DNA of 64,000 nucleotides from Escherichia phage moha: sequence record MN850590.1; one strand, 5' to 3'. Shown piece by piece: positions 9,509 to 18,025 of this stretch (position 1 is its first letter; each line of letters starts with the position of its first letter). The notes under the pieces were generated by a model. It saw only the letters and a program-made list of their open reading frames with translations, ran no database searches and was not told where the DNA came from. The position numbers and the translations under genes were made by a program.

Positions 9509-10465
9509 ATGATGTTAGTTATTGGTTCTCGTGCACTTCACTATCACGGTCTTATTGATTCTAGCGCTATTAAAAATAGTGATTGGGACTTTATTGCGGA
9601 CCAATGTTCTTGGAATGCATTCAAAAATCAAATGATGGGTGTATATGTTCACCAAGATAACCCTGATGTCCAAGTTTTCAAATGCTTCCATAATGGACGC
9701 GAAACTCATTTTGAAGCATATATTGTTCCGGCAATCACTAATGTCCGTGAATTAGTCGGTGAACTCACTCCTGAAGATTTCACGTCTTCTTATGACCTTT
9801 TAAAATACGCCAAGAAAAATTTGACTAAAGACCGTTTGAACGGGTTTTACTGGGCAACTCCTGAGATATGTCTTGCAATTAAGATGTCTCATCGTTTCAA
9901 GAAAAATAATCCATTCTTTTTAAAGACTATGAACCATATTCAGTATCTTCGTGGTAAAGGTGTTACACTGAACGATGAACTTACTGAAATTATGCTGAAA
10001 CGCCAGAAAGAAACCTTGAACTATGCTCACCCAGTTCTTGACACTTCTAAAAGTGCGTTCTTTAAAGATGACATCTATACATATGACCATGATACTATTC
10101 ATGAAGCCATTGCACTAACAGACCGTCCGGCGTATACATTTTATATGAAAGATGGTTCTGAAGTCATGACCTCACGCGAGAAGTTCGAATCGTTACCAGA
10201 AATGGTCAAATTGGCCGGCGTATACGAAGAATCATGTGTACTAGCATTAGAACGTTCTCAAATTCCTAATGACTTTAAAATTAACCCTGAAGCCAGTTTT
10301 ATGATGGCATTGGAAAAAGTCTGTACAAGCATCACCTCTGGTTGGTTCCGTGAGTACGCATACGAGAACTATTATGAAGTAGTGGCTATGTATCATAAGC
10401 TCGGCAAAAATGATTACATCAAACGGTTTAAAGAAAATTTTCATATGGTAAAACCTTTCAAATAA
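9509..10465 (+). CDS. putative nucleotidyltransferase-fold protein
   Basis: 318 aa; N-terminal GS...SDWD resembles the Pol-beta/MNT motif hG[GS]-x(9-16)-DxD; function inferred only. Confidence 0.8.
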   Translation: MMLVIGSRALHYHGLIDSSAIKNSDWDFIADQCSWNAFKNQMMGVYVHQDNPDVQVFKCFHNGRETHFEAYIVPAITNVRELVGELTPEDFTSSYDLLKYAKKNLTKDRLNGFYWATPEICLAIKMSHRFKKNNPFFLKTMNHIQYLRGKGVTLNDELTEIMLKRQKETLNYAHPVLDTSKSAFFKDDIYTYDHDTIHEAIALTDRPAYTFYMKDGSEVMTSREKFESLPEMVKLAGVYEESCVLALERSQIPNDFKINPEASFMMALEKVCTSITSGWFREYAYENYYEVVAMYHKLGKNDYIKRFKENFHMVKPFK

Positions 10466-10477
10466 TTTCGCAAAACT

Positions 10478-10507
10478 GTTTACACAATTATAGGACTATG
10501 TTACAGT
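10478..10507 (+). promoter_or_regulatory. early promoter cassette
   Basis: -35 GTTTACA / 17 bp / -10 TACAGT; IR taggact..agtccta. Confidence 0.55.
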
Positions 10508-10536
10508 AGTCCTATTAAAAACATGAGGAGAATATT

Positions 10537-10842
10537 ATGAAATTAACAGACACCAATCGAATCGGTCTTTTAACAATATTTGCATCACCTTTTTACGCAG
10601 CCCTTTCTGTTGCAGTATTACAAAAGGCTTACGATATGGATGGTGTTCCTGGTTTTGTATTCTTATCGCCGTTTTTGCTATTCGTTGGAGCTTTGTTATT
10701 ATATGCCACGACTAGTTTCGACCATAATGTCTGGGTCAATTATAAACGTAAATTGACCGAAGAAGAACACGCAGAAGCTCGTAAAAAAGCTATTGAATCT
10801 ACCAATCTAGAAAATTTCATTAAAGAATGTCGAGGAAAATAA
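10537..10842 (+). CDS. membrane protein
   Basis: 101 aa, hydrophobic helices. Confidence 0.75.
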   Translation: MKLTDTNRIGLLTIFASPFYAALSVAVLQKAYDMDGVPGFVFLSPFLLFVGALLLYATTSFDHNVWVNYKRKLTEEEHAEARKKAIESTNLENFIKECRGK

Positions 10843-10843
10843 T

Positions 10844-11530
10844 ATGAATAGTTCTAAAGTGTTTAATAGTCAAGCTCGTGCAGTAGGTGGTTTTGCTCAT
10901 GCGATTAAAAATGACCAGATTAAAAACGAGCCTATGTTCTTTAATTGCGATTTGAATTTTGCTTTTGATAACGGCGGTCCAATTACTCGTAGCTTTATCC
11001 AAAATCTCCCTGACGATTGGAAAGACTCGGATGTAGTATTTGATTCACGAGTCCACATGCTGATGCCTGGTTGGTACCCTGCTATCCCAGGTTATCACCA
11101 TGACGATGTTCCACGTCCTGATATTCCAGTTGGTCAACACTTTATTACTGCAGGACAACCCGATTATGACAATCCTCGCTATTTGTCTGAACATATTCTT
11201 GGTCTTGTTAACGCTGATGTGTGTCCTACTCATTTTGCAACAGGAACTGCAGAGTTCAGTCAGATTCCTGATGGCGAACTTATCTATCGTCAGTGGCACA
11301 AAGAAGTCCTCGAAAAAATTGAAAAAGGTGAACTAGAGAAATGGGAAGCTCCAGATCGTACTCTTCTTCAGTTTGATTGGCAAACATGGCACACTGGTTC
11401 TCGTGCAATTAGTAACGGATGGCGTTGGTTCGGACGTGTATCTCGTAATACAGACCGAGTTAAAAAGATTACCAATGAAATTCGTGTCAACGCTCAAGTT
11501 TATCTAGAATTCCCTATGGAAGGCTGGTAA
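10844..11530 (+). CDS. hypothetical protein
   Basis: 228 aa; ATGA-type tight spacing with neighbours. Confidence 0.85.
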   Translation: MNSSKVFNSQARAVGGFAHAIKNDQIKNEPMFFNCDLNFAFDNGGPITRSFIQNLPDDWKDSDVVFDSRVHMLMPGWYPAIPGYHHDDVPRPDIPVGQHFITAGQPDYDNPRYLSEHILGLVNADVCPTHFATGTAEFSQIPDGELIYRQWHKEVLEKIEKGELEKWEAPDRTLLQFDWQTWHTGSRAISNGWRWFGRVSRNTDRVKKITNEIRVNAQVYLEFPMEGW

Positions 11531-12009
11531 TGATTAACAATAATATAGACGATGGCGACGAAGGTATTTCATACTATTCAGTAGATTGGACAGGATGTCC
11601 ATCCTACTTAGTGAAACACCATTGTCAAGCATTTAAAATCGACAAACCAGCAGGTATTATCGTGAACAGATACATTAATGGATATCAACCTATCGATGAA
11701 GTAATACGAACAACCCAAGCTGAGCTTGAAAAGTTTTTCAATAAGTGTCAATGGATAACAGGATGGATTATATTTGTACCGTCAGTGTGGTTTTTTAGTA
11801 CTAAAGTAAGTGCCTTTGCTATACTAGATATTATCGCTATCTTATTAGCATCTACTATCGTAAGTATAATTGGCGGTATTATTGGTGGAGGTACTGTAGG
11901 CATCATTATTAATCTTGTTAAAAGTAGTTTACAGGAACGTAAAGACAAGATAAAGGCCAAGAATAATGAAGTTGAACGTTTTATTACCGAATGCAGGAAT
12001 TTGAGATGA
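11530..12009 (+). CDS. membrane protein with glycine-zipper segment
   Basis: 159 aa; IIGGIIGGGTVGII hydrophobic stretch. Confidence 0.8.
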   Translation: MINNNIDDGDEGISYYSVDWTGCPSYLVKHHCQAFKIDKPAGIIVNRYINGYQPIDEVIRTTQAELEKFFNKCQWITGWIIFVPSVWFFSTKVSAFAILDIIAILLASTIVSIIGGIIGGGTVGIIINLVKSSLQERKDKIKAKNNEVERFITECRNLR

Positions 12010-12242
12010 GTATAGCAATTTACATTAAATCAGAATCATGTGATAGTTATCTGTACACATACGATAAAGATGTGTCAGAAGAAAAAATCAAAGACGACCT
12101 TAATATGGACCTTGATATGTTCTGTCCTATTGCAGATTACAAACTTGCGGTCTCTAATAGTGAAAGTCCATCTAAAGAAACGCGCATTGAAGAATTTATG
12201 TCCGAATTAATGGCCAAATCATGGAACCGAGATGATGAGTAA
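12006..12242 (+). CDS. hypothetical protein
   Basis: 78 aa from ATG 12006 (ATGA overlap with upstream stop). Confidence 0.65.
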   Translation: MSIAIYIKSESCDSYLYTYDKDVSEEKIKDDLNMDLDMFCPIADYKLAVSNSESPSKETRIEEFMSELMAKSWNRDDE

Positions 12243-12690
12243 GAAAAATAAAGTGAAAGAACTATCAGCCGGTATTATTTTCCTTACCGAAGATAAAGAA
12301 TTATTCATGGGGCGTGTAACTGGTTCTCGTCCTAAAGGTTCTTTAGCTCATCGGTGGGATATTCCTAAAGGACGTGTCGAGCCCGGTGAATCTCCTATTG
12401 AAGCCGCTATTCGTGAATGCGAAGAAGAAACTGGGTTTACACAATATGACCCTGCCTTCCTGAAAGACCTAGGTGAACATCATTACTCAGACAATAAGAA
12501 TATTCATCTGTTCCTATATACCATCCCTGTAGAGCACGAGCAATTCAGAAACAGTGTTTGTAATTCCTATCATACATTCCCAGACGGACGTCAGATTCCT
12601 GAATTTGATGCATTCGCTTTAATTAAACCTTCTCAATGGGAATATGTAATGGGCAAATCATTATATAAGGTGCTCACTACCCTCCTATAA
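12232..12690 (+). CDS. nudE: Nudix hydrolase NudE
   Basis: 152 aa; Nudix box GRVEPGESPIEAAIRECEEETGF; position immediately upstream of e as in T4. Confidence 0.85.
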   Translation: MMSKKNKVKELSAGIIFLTEDKELFMGRVTGSRPKGSLAHRWDIPKGRVEPGESPIEAAIRECEEETGFTQYDPAFLKDLGEHHYSDNKNIHLFLYTIPVEHEQFRNSVCNSYHTFPDGRQIPEFDAFALIKPSQWEYVMGKSLYKVLTTLL

Positions 12691-12698
12691 GTAATAAA

Positions 12699-12722
12699 TA
12701 CCTCCTATAAACGTGGGAGGTA
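12699..12722 (+). promoter_or_regulatory. SD-sequestering hairpin upstream of e with late-promoter-like loop
   Basis: ACCTCC-tataaacgtg-GGAGGT; GGAGG is the SD of e; loop carries TATAAACG (6/8 to late consensus TATAAATA). Confidence 0.45.
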
Positions 12723-12724
12723 TT

Positions 12725-13213
12725 ATGAATATATTTGAAATGCTTCGTAATGACGAAGGTCTTAGACTGACTTTATACAAAGACACTGAAGGCTTTTGGA
12801 CGATTGGCATTGGCCATTTAGTAACAAAGAATCCGTCTTTAGCCGTAGCTAAAGCTGAACTTGACAGAATGATCGGGCGTAAATGCAACGGTACAATTAC
12901 CCTTGATGAGGCTGAAAAGCTATTTAATGAAGACGTCGATAAAGCCGTTCGCGGAATCTTGGGTAATGCTAAACTTAAACCGGTATATGATTCTTTAGAT
13001 GCGGTTCGTCGATGTGCATTGGTCAATATGGTCTTCCAAATGGGTGTAGCAGGCGTCGCTGGTTTTACTAATTCTCTTCGTATGCTTCAACAGAAACGTT
13101 GGGATGAAGCGGCAGTAAATCTAGCCCAATCTAAATGGTATCGTCAGACACCTAATCGCGCGAAACGCGTAATCTCAACATTTAAAACAGGAACTTGGAA
13201 AGCGTATATATGA
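12725..13213 (+). CDS. e: lysozyme (endolysin) e
   Basis: 162 aa; MNIFEMLR...DEGLRL...TIGIGHL matches T4 lysozyme incl. catalytic Glu11/Asp20 region. Confidence 0.95.
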   Translation: MNIFEMLRNDEGLRLTLYKDTEGFWTIGIGHLVTKNPSLAVAKAELDRMIGRKCNGTITLDEAEKLFNEDVDKAVRGILGNAKLKPVYDSLDAVRRCALVNMVFQMGVAGVAGFTNSLRMLQQKRWDEAAVNLAQSKWYRQTPNRAKRVISTFKTGTWKAYI

Positions 13214-13491
13214 AAACATATAGTGAATTTTTATCAGAATCTATTCTTAACGAAGCTACTGACACATTTGCAACTAAGCTAGGTGCAGCTTTGGTTGAAG
13301 CCGAAAGTCTATTAGCACGTATTTCTGAACTTGCTAGTAAGATAGATACTCGCAAATTTGAACGTACCAGCGATATCGCTAAGCTTGAAGCCTTGTTACG
13401 TATGTGCGATAAACCGGACGAAATCGCTAAGAATGGCTCGCTAATGAAACAACGTCTTGAAAAATATATTTCAGGCGCTTCAGAAAAATAG
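13210..13491 (+). CDS. capsid-targeting-sequence protein (candidate internal protein)
   Basis: 93 aa; [11 protein letters not shown] leader; ATGA overlap with e stop. Confidence 0.7.
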   Translation: MKTYSEFLSESILNEATDTFATKLGAALVEAESLLARISELASKIDTRKFERTSDIAKLEALLRMCDKPDEIAKNGSLMKQRLEKYISGASEK

Positions 13492-13492
13492 T

Positions 13493-13522
13493 GTTTACTT
13501 CCTCCAAGGACTTTGATACTAT
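13493..13522 (+). promoter_or_regulatory. early promoter with SD-sequestering inverted repeat
   Basis: -35 GTTTAC, -10 TACTAT; IR CCTCCAAG (13501) / CTTGGAGG (13537) spans -10 and SD of denV. Confidence 0.55.
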
Positions 13523-13549
13523 ACATTCATCAACTACTTGGAGGAAATT

Positions 13550-13963
13550 ATGACCCGTATCAATTTAACACTTGTTTCTGAACTGACCGACCAACATCTT
13601 ATGGCTGAGTATCGTGAATTACCACGCGTATTTGGTGCAGTCCGTAAACATGTTCAAAACGGTAAACGTGTAAAGGATTTTAAAATCTCTCCAACATTTA
13701 TCTTAGGCACAGGTCACGTAACATTCTTTTACGACAAACTCGAATTTTTACGTTTACGTCAAATCGAGCTAATCGCTGAATGCTTGAAACGTGGTTTCAA
13801 AATCAAGGACACGACTGTCCAGGATATTTCCGACATTCCTGTAGAATTTCGTAATAATTATGTCCCGTCCGAAGCGTCCATTGCGATAAGTCAAGCACGC
13901 TTAGATGAAAAAATTGCTCAACGTCCGACTTGGTACAAATACTATGGTAAATCAATTTACTAA
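13550..13963 (+). CDS. denV: endonuclease V (pyrimidine dimer DNA glycosylase) DenV
   Basis: 137 aa; [34 protein letters not shown] matches T4 endo V. Confidence 0.95.
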   Translation: MTRINLTLVSELTDQHLMAEYRELPRVFGAVRKHVQNGKRVKDFKISPTFILGTGHVTFFYDKLEFLRLRQIELIAECLKRGFKIKDTTVQDISDIPVEFRNNYVPSEASIAISQARLDEKIAQRPTWYKYYGKSIY

Positions 13964-13969
13964 GGAAAA

Positions 13970-14230
13970 ATGAAAATGTATCAAGAATTTATCATTGAAG
14001 CAGATGCCAAAGGTCCTAAATTTAAAGTTAAAGCTTTCATTGGTGATGCGGAAGACTTTGGCTCATTAAAACGTAATGGGTATTTTTTCTTAGGTGGCGA
14101 TGGTAAAGAAATCAACACCTATGCAAAACGTAGTGAAATTGCTTATGTTGTAGCAAGTCCTAAAGTAGATGTTGACGATATTGGATACGATTTTAACAAC
14201 TTCGGAATTATTTCTGGCGGTAAAGCTTAA
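13970..14230 (+). CDS. ipII: internal protein II-like (CTS leader)
   Basis: 86 aa; leader MKMYQEFIIEA. Confidence 0.7.
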   Translation: MKMYQEFIIEADAKGPKFKVKAFIGDAEDFGSLKRNGYFFLGGDGKEINTYAKRSEIAYVVASPKVDVDDIGYDFNNFGIISGGKA

Positions 14231-14233
14231 ATT

Positions 14234-14263
14234 GTTTACGCTTAAGTATTAATATGGTATAAT
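14234..14263 (+). promoter_or_regulatory. early promoter
   Basis: -35 GTTTAC / 18 bp / -10 TATAAT. Confidence 0.5.
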
Positions 14264-14294
14264 TACTCTATCAAAACAAACAAGGAAACAAAAA

Positions 14295-14873
14295 ATGAAA
14301 ACATATAAAGAATTTATCGCCGAGGCCTTTGCAGGAAAAGCTCAAGGCATTAATAAGGACGAGTGGAATTATCGTGGCGGAAACGGCTTTGACCCTAAAA
14401 CTGCTCCACTTGAACGATATCTAGCCACAAAGGCTTCTGATTTTAAAGCCTTCGCTTGGGAAGGACTTCGCTGGCGTAACGATTTAAATATTGAAGTTGA
14501 CGGACTTAAATTTGCTCATATTGAAGATGTTGTTGCTAGTAACTTAGACGCAGCTTTTGTTAAAGCCGACAGTGACCTTCGTCGCTGGAATTTAAAACTG
14601 TTCTCTAAACAAAAAGGCCCGAAGTTTGTGCCTAAAGCAGGTAAATGGGTTATTGATAATAAATTAGCTAAGGCTGTCAACTACGCCGGTCTTGAATTTG
14701 CCAAGCATAAATCATCATGGAAAGGTCTTGATGCAATGGCTTTCCGTAAAGAATTTGCCGATGTTATGGCTAAAGGCGGCTTTAAGGCAGAAATAGATAC
14801 CTCTAAAGGTACGTTTAAGGACGCTAATGTTCAGTATGCTTACGCCGTTGCTAATGCGGCCCGTGGTAATTAA
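14295..14873 (+). CDS. ipIII: internal protein III-like (CTS leader)
   Basis: 192 aa; leader MKTYKEFIAEA. Confidence 0.8.
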   Translation: MKTYKEFIAEAFAGKAQGINKDEWNYRGGNGFDPKTAPLERYLATKASDFKAFAWEGLRWRNDLNIEVDGLKFAHIEDVVASNLDAAFVKADSDLRRWNLKLFSKQKGPKFVPKAGKWVIDNKLAKAVNYAGLEFAKHKSSWKGLDAMAFRKEFADVMAKGGFKAEIDTSKGTFKDANVQYAYAVANAARGN

Positions 14874-14875
14874 TA

Positions 14876-14897
14876 AGGCCTAAGTATAGGCCTATTT
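14876..14897 (+). terminator. terminator-like hairpin
   Basis: AGGCCTA-agta-TAGGCCT then ATTT; weak U tract. Confidence 0.4.
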
Positions 14898-15051
14898 ACA
14901 TTCAAATAAAATGGGAACAACCTGGACCTCATGATTCTATGAGGGATTCCCGCCAACCTGTAATAAGGTCGAGCCCAAGTGCGGTAATGGGTAAATACAG
15001 AAATGGACAATTCATGCGCCATGGAATGGCCCAACCTAAAAGAGAAACTAA

Positions 15052-15591
15052 ATGAGAACATTTTTAACCGGTCCTTATCTATCCCTGATGAATGCTTTTA
15101 CACACCATTCTGATGCTAGAGTAGAAGAAATTTGTAAGAACGGTTATGTCCCACCATTTGAAGACGTACTCAAGCAGTACTGTACACTTCGTTTAGACGG
15201 CGGCAGACAATCAGGTAAATCAATTGCTGTGACTAACTTTGCTGCTAATTGGCTGTATGATGGCGGAACAGTTATTGTTCTTTCTAATACTTCAGCTTAT
15301 GCTAAAATTTCTGCTGGCAACATTAAAAAAGAATTTTCTCGTTATTCTAGCGATGATATTCGATTCCGTTTATTTACTGATTCTGTTCGTAGTTTTATTG
15401 GCAATGAAGGTTCTAAATTCCGTGGATTAACGCTTTCTCGTATTCTGTATATAATTGACGAGCCTATTAAAGCTCCTGATATGGATAAGATTTACAATGT
15501 CCACATTAAAACAGTACAGCACTGCTGCAAAAGCAAATATTGCATCAGCGGTAATGCTCGTCCTCAATTTTTTGTGATTGGAATGCAATGA
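15052..15591 (+). CDS. P-loop NTPase, function unknown
   Basis: 179 aa; Walker A GGRQSGKS. Confidence 0.8.
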   Translation: MRTFLTGPYLSLMNAFTHHSDARVEEICKNGYVPPFEDVLKQYCTLRLDGGRQSGKSIAVTNFAANWLYDGGTVIVLSNTSAYAKISAGNIKKEFSRYSSDDIRFRLFTDSVRSFIGNEGSKFRGLTLSRILYIIDEPIKAPDMDKIYNVHIKTVQHCCKSKYCISGNARPQFFVIGMQ

Positions 15592-15896
15592 TGACCACTA
15601 TTGAAGTTTTTGAGTATTGTTATAACAGCCCAGTATGCAATAAAAGGGCTCTTGTAGAAAATTATGAGATTTACCATTTTAAACCTAAACGATATCGTTT
15701 GACTAAAGGTCCGTTCGCAGGGCAGCAGGTTCTTTGTACTGCTCCTAATGCACGGTTGATGACTAGTATTCCGCATTTCAAAATGGAATTTATTGATGGG
15801 CCATTTAAGGGATTAATCACTCAAAGTTTAATGGCATTTAATTCCGACCCATTTTTGATTAAAGAAAAATCTTGGATAAATTTATTTTCTAATTGA
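15588..15896 (+). CDS. hypothetical protein
   Basis: 102 aa; ATGA overlap. Confidence 0.7.
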   Translation: MMTTIEVFEYCYNSPVCNKRALVENYEIYHFKPKRYRLTKGPFAGQQVLCTAPNARLMTSIPHFKMEFIDGPFKGLITQSLMAFNSDPFLIKEKSWINLFSN

Positions 15897-15902
15897 GGTT
15901 AT

Positions 15903-16265
15903 ATGAAAGCATATCAAATTCTTGAAGGTGCACATAAAGGCACTATTTATTTTGAAGACGGTACTCAAGCCCGGATTATTGTCTCTAAGACTTTTAAAGA
16001 AGACGCTATTGTAGACCCGGAAATTTTCTACGGTTTGAATGCCCGTGAAATTGAAATTGAACATCAACCTAAAGTTAAAATTGAAGGTGGTCAACACCTG
16101 AACGTTAACGTTCTGCGTCGCGAAACTCTGGAAGATGCAGTTAAGCATCCGGAAAAATATCCGCAGCTGACCATTCGTGTATCCGGTTATGCAGTTCGCT
16201 TTAACTCTCTGACTCCGGAACAGCAGCGCGACGTTATCGCTCGTACCTTTACTGAGAGTCTATAA
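15903..16265 (+). CDS. grcA: autonomous glycyl radical cofactor (GrcA/YfiD-like)
   Basis: 120 aa; C-terminal ~60 aa ([59 protein letters not shown]) match E. coli GrcA as recalled, incl. glycyl radical motif RVSGY. Confidence 0.9.
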   Translation: MKAYQILEGAHKGTIYFEDGTQARIIVSKTFKEDAIVDPEIFYGLNAREIEIEHQPKVKIEGGQHLNVNVLRRETLEDAVKHPEKYPQLTIRVSGYAVRFNSLTPEQQRDVIARTFTESL

Positions 16266-16489
16266 TGGCTAAATTGATTATAGAAGGGTCTGAAGATGTT
16301 TTAAAATGTTTTGCCGCCTGGTTTAGTTGCTCAGGCGAGCAATCATTCACTGAAGCATTTAGAATGGGTGATATTACTGGAAACTATCCGACAACTGATA
16401 TCACTGTACGTGGATATGGTATTAATGAGCCTATCCAATTGGTCGAATATGACCTTGCCACCGATGAGGAAATTCCTTATGTCGATTGA
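16265..16489 (+). CDS. hypothetical protein
   Basis: 74 aa; ATGG overlap with grcA stop. Confidence 0.6.
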   Translation: MAKLIIEGSEDVLKCFAAWFSCSGEQSFTEAFRMGDITGNYPTTDITVRGYGINEPIQLVEYDLATDEEIPYVD

Positions 16490-16745
16490 AGATATTAAAG
16501 GTTACAAACCGCACACCGATGACAAAATCGGTAAAGTGAACGCTATTAAAGATGCCGAAGTCCGTCTTGGATTGTTGTTTGATGCTCTGATTGAAGAAGC
16601 ATATATCTTGAAAGAAAATGAAACAGAGCAACAAACCAAAGAAGATATGGATGCAGTGCAGGCTCTTAAGTATGCTAAGCAACATCTAAAAGAAGCCAGC
16701 ATGTGGGCATGCCGTGCAGTATTTCGACCTGAGGAAAAATACTAG
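16479..16745 (+). CDS. hypothetical protein
   Basis: 88 aa from ATG 16479 with SD gatgagga; longer listed ORF overlaps upstream gene out of frame. Confidence 0.6.
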   Translation: MSIEDIKGYKPHTDDKIGKVNAIKDAEVRLGLLFDALIEEAYILKENETEQQTKEDMDAVQALKYAKQHLKEASMWACRAVFRPEEKY

Positions 16746-16954
16746 TGAAAATTGAAAGTTTGCAAGAATTCCAACGTATCATTAGCGAAGCCTGTACCGG
16801 TTACCACAAATATTTGCTCGATGACCAGGTTGCTTGTCTTGAAGAAGGCGAAATGCAGTACGCTGTCCAGCGCCTTGAACAAGTGAAAGAGTTTTATCCT
16901 GCAATGGTAGAAATTTGTTCGATAGCTGGAAAACTCACACCATTCCAAGAATAA
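16745..16954 (+). CDS. hypothetical protein (GTG start)
   Basis: 69 aa; GTG overlapping upstream TAG. Confidence 0.5.
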   Translation: MKIESLQEFQRIISEACTGYHKYLLDDQVACLEEGEMQYAVQRLEQVKEFYPAMVEICSIAGKLTPFQE

Positions 16955-16957
16955 AGT

Positions 16958-16987
16958 AGTTTACTTCTCCTCTAGTTGTGTTACTAT
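16958..16987 (+). promoter_or_regulatory. early promoter with 12-bp SD-sequestering inverted repeat
   Basis: -35 GTTTAC / 18 bp / -10 TACTAT; CTCCTCTAGTTG (16967) pairs CAACTAGAGGAG (16996), the SD of regB. Confidence 0.6.
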
Positions 16988-17015
16988 AGACCTGTCAACT
17001 AGAGGAGAAATCAAA

Positions 17016-17474
17016 ATGACTATCAATTCAGACGTTTTTATCCGCCGTAATAAACTCCGTCGAATCTTTGAAACGGAGTTCCGCAAAATAAATGCCAGTA
17101 TAAAAGATGCTGCAAAGTCTCTTGGACTACCAGGCTTTCATATCAAGTATTCTCAACATCTCTTAGATCGTGCCATCCAGAGAGAAATAGATGAGAATTA
17201 CGTTTTTGAATTATTTCATAAAGTAAAAAATCATGTTAAAGAAGTTGCAGAATTTTTATCAATGCCGGCACGTCCAGATGTTGATGAAGATTTTGTCGAA
17301 GGTGTCGAATATCGCCCAGGCCGTTTAGAAATAACTGACGGAAATCTTTGGTTAGGACTTACAGTTTGTCGCGAAAATCCGGCATTCAAAATGAAGACTC
17401 TTCAATGTAGAATGGCTATTATTAACAGTAAACGACTACCAGGAAAAGCTTCTAAAGCAGTGATTAAAATCTAG
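17016..17474 (+). CDS. regB: RegB site-specific endoribonuclease
   Basis: 152 aa; MTINSDVFIRRNKLRR...KYSQHLLDRAIQREIDE matches T4 RegB. Confidence 0.9.
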   Translation: MTINSDVFIRRNKLRRIFETEFRKINASIKDAAKSLGLPGFHIKYSQHLLDRAIQREIDENYVFELFHKVKNHVKEVAEFLSMPARPDVDEDFVEGVEYRPGRLEITDGNLWLGLTVCRENPAFKMKTLQCRMAIINSKRLPGKASKAVIKI

Positions 17475-17482
17475 AGGTAAAC

Positions 17483-18025
17483 ATGAGAAAAGCACTACTC
17501 GCTGGTCTATTTGCTCTTTCATTATCAGCACATAGCTCCGAGCATACTTTTAGTAATGTCCAACTCGATAACTTGAATTATGCTTATCAGTTTGGGGAAC
17601 AGTTTTCTAAGGATGGAAAATTTAAAACGCATGAAAATATGCATAAGAAAGGACTTGGATACATAATGGCCGCAATACTATGGCAGGAATCATCTGCCGG
17701 TATTAATCTTAAAGATAAGAAAGGTCACCATGCGTATGGAATGTTCCAAAATTATCTACCGACAATGAGGGCAAGAATTAACCAGCTTGGTTATAATATG
17801 ACTGATGCCCAAATTAAGAAAATGCTATCTAAGCGGTCTAATTCAGCCAGATGGGCTTATATCGAATTTTCTTATTGGTTAAATATACATAACGGGGATA
17901 TAAGAAAAGCTATATCCTCATATAATGCGGGATGGAAGACAAGTGCCGGAAGTAAATATGCTTCTGAAGTCCTAGAAAAGGCTAATTACCTTAAATCAAA
18001 TAAACTACTGGAAATAAAAGAATGA
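17483..18025 (+). CDS. secreted lytic transglycosylase-like protein (SLT domain)
   Basis: 180 aa; signal peptide; ES...GMFQ...YNAGW motifs. Confidence 0.75.
   Translation: MRKALLAGLFALSLSAHSSEHTFSNVQLDNLNYAYQFGEQFSKDGKFKTHENMHKKGLGYIMAAILWQESSAGINLKDKKGHHAYGMFQNYLPTMRARINQLGYNMTDAQIKKMLSKRSNSARWAYIEFSYWLNIHNGDIRKAISSYNAGWKTSAGSKYASEVLEKANYLKSNKLLEIKE

Noticed and set aside
10844-11530. 2OG-Fe(II) oxygenase assignment based on an HHDD segment
   Set aside because: Single short motif without the expected distal His context that I can verify; insufficient evidence.
14870-15061. 63-aa minus-strand ORF in the ipIII downstream spacer
   Set aside because: Repetitive FSFSFS translation, no RBS; likely non-coding.
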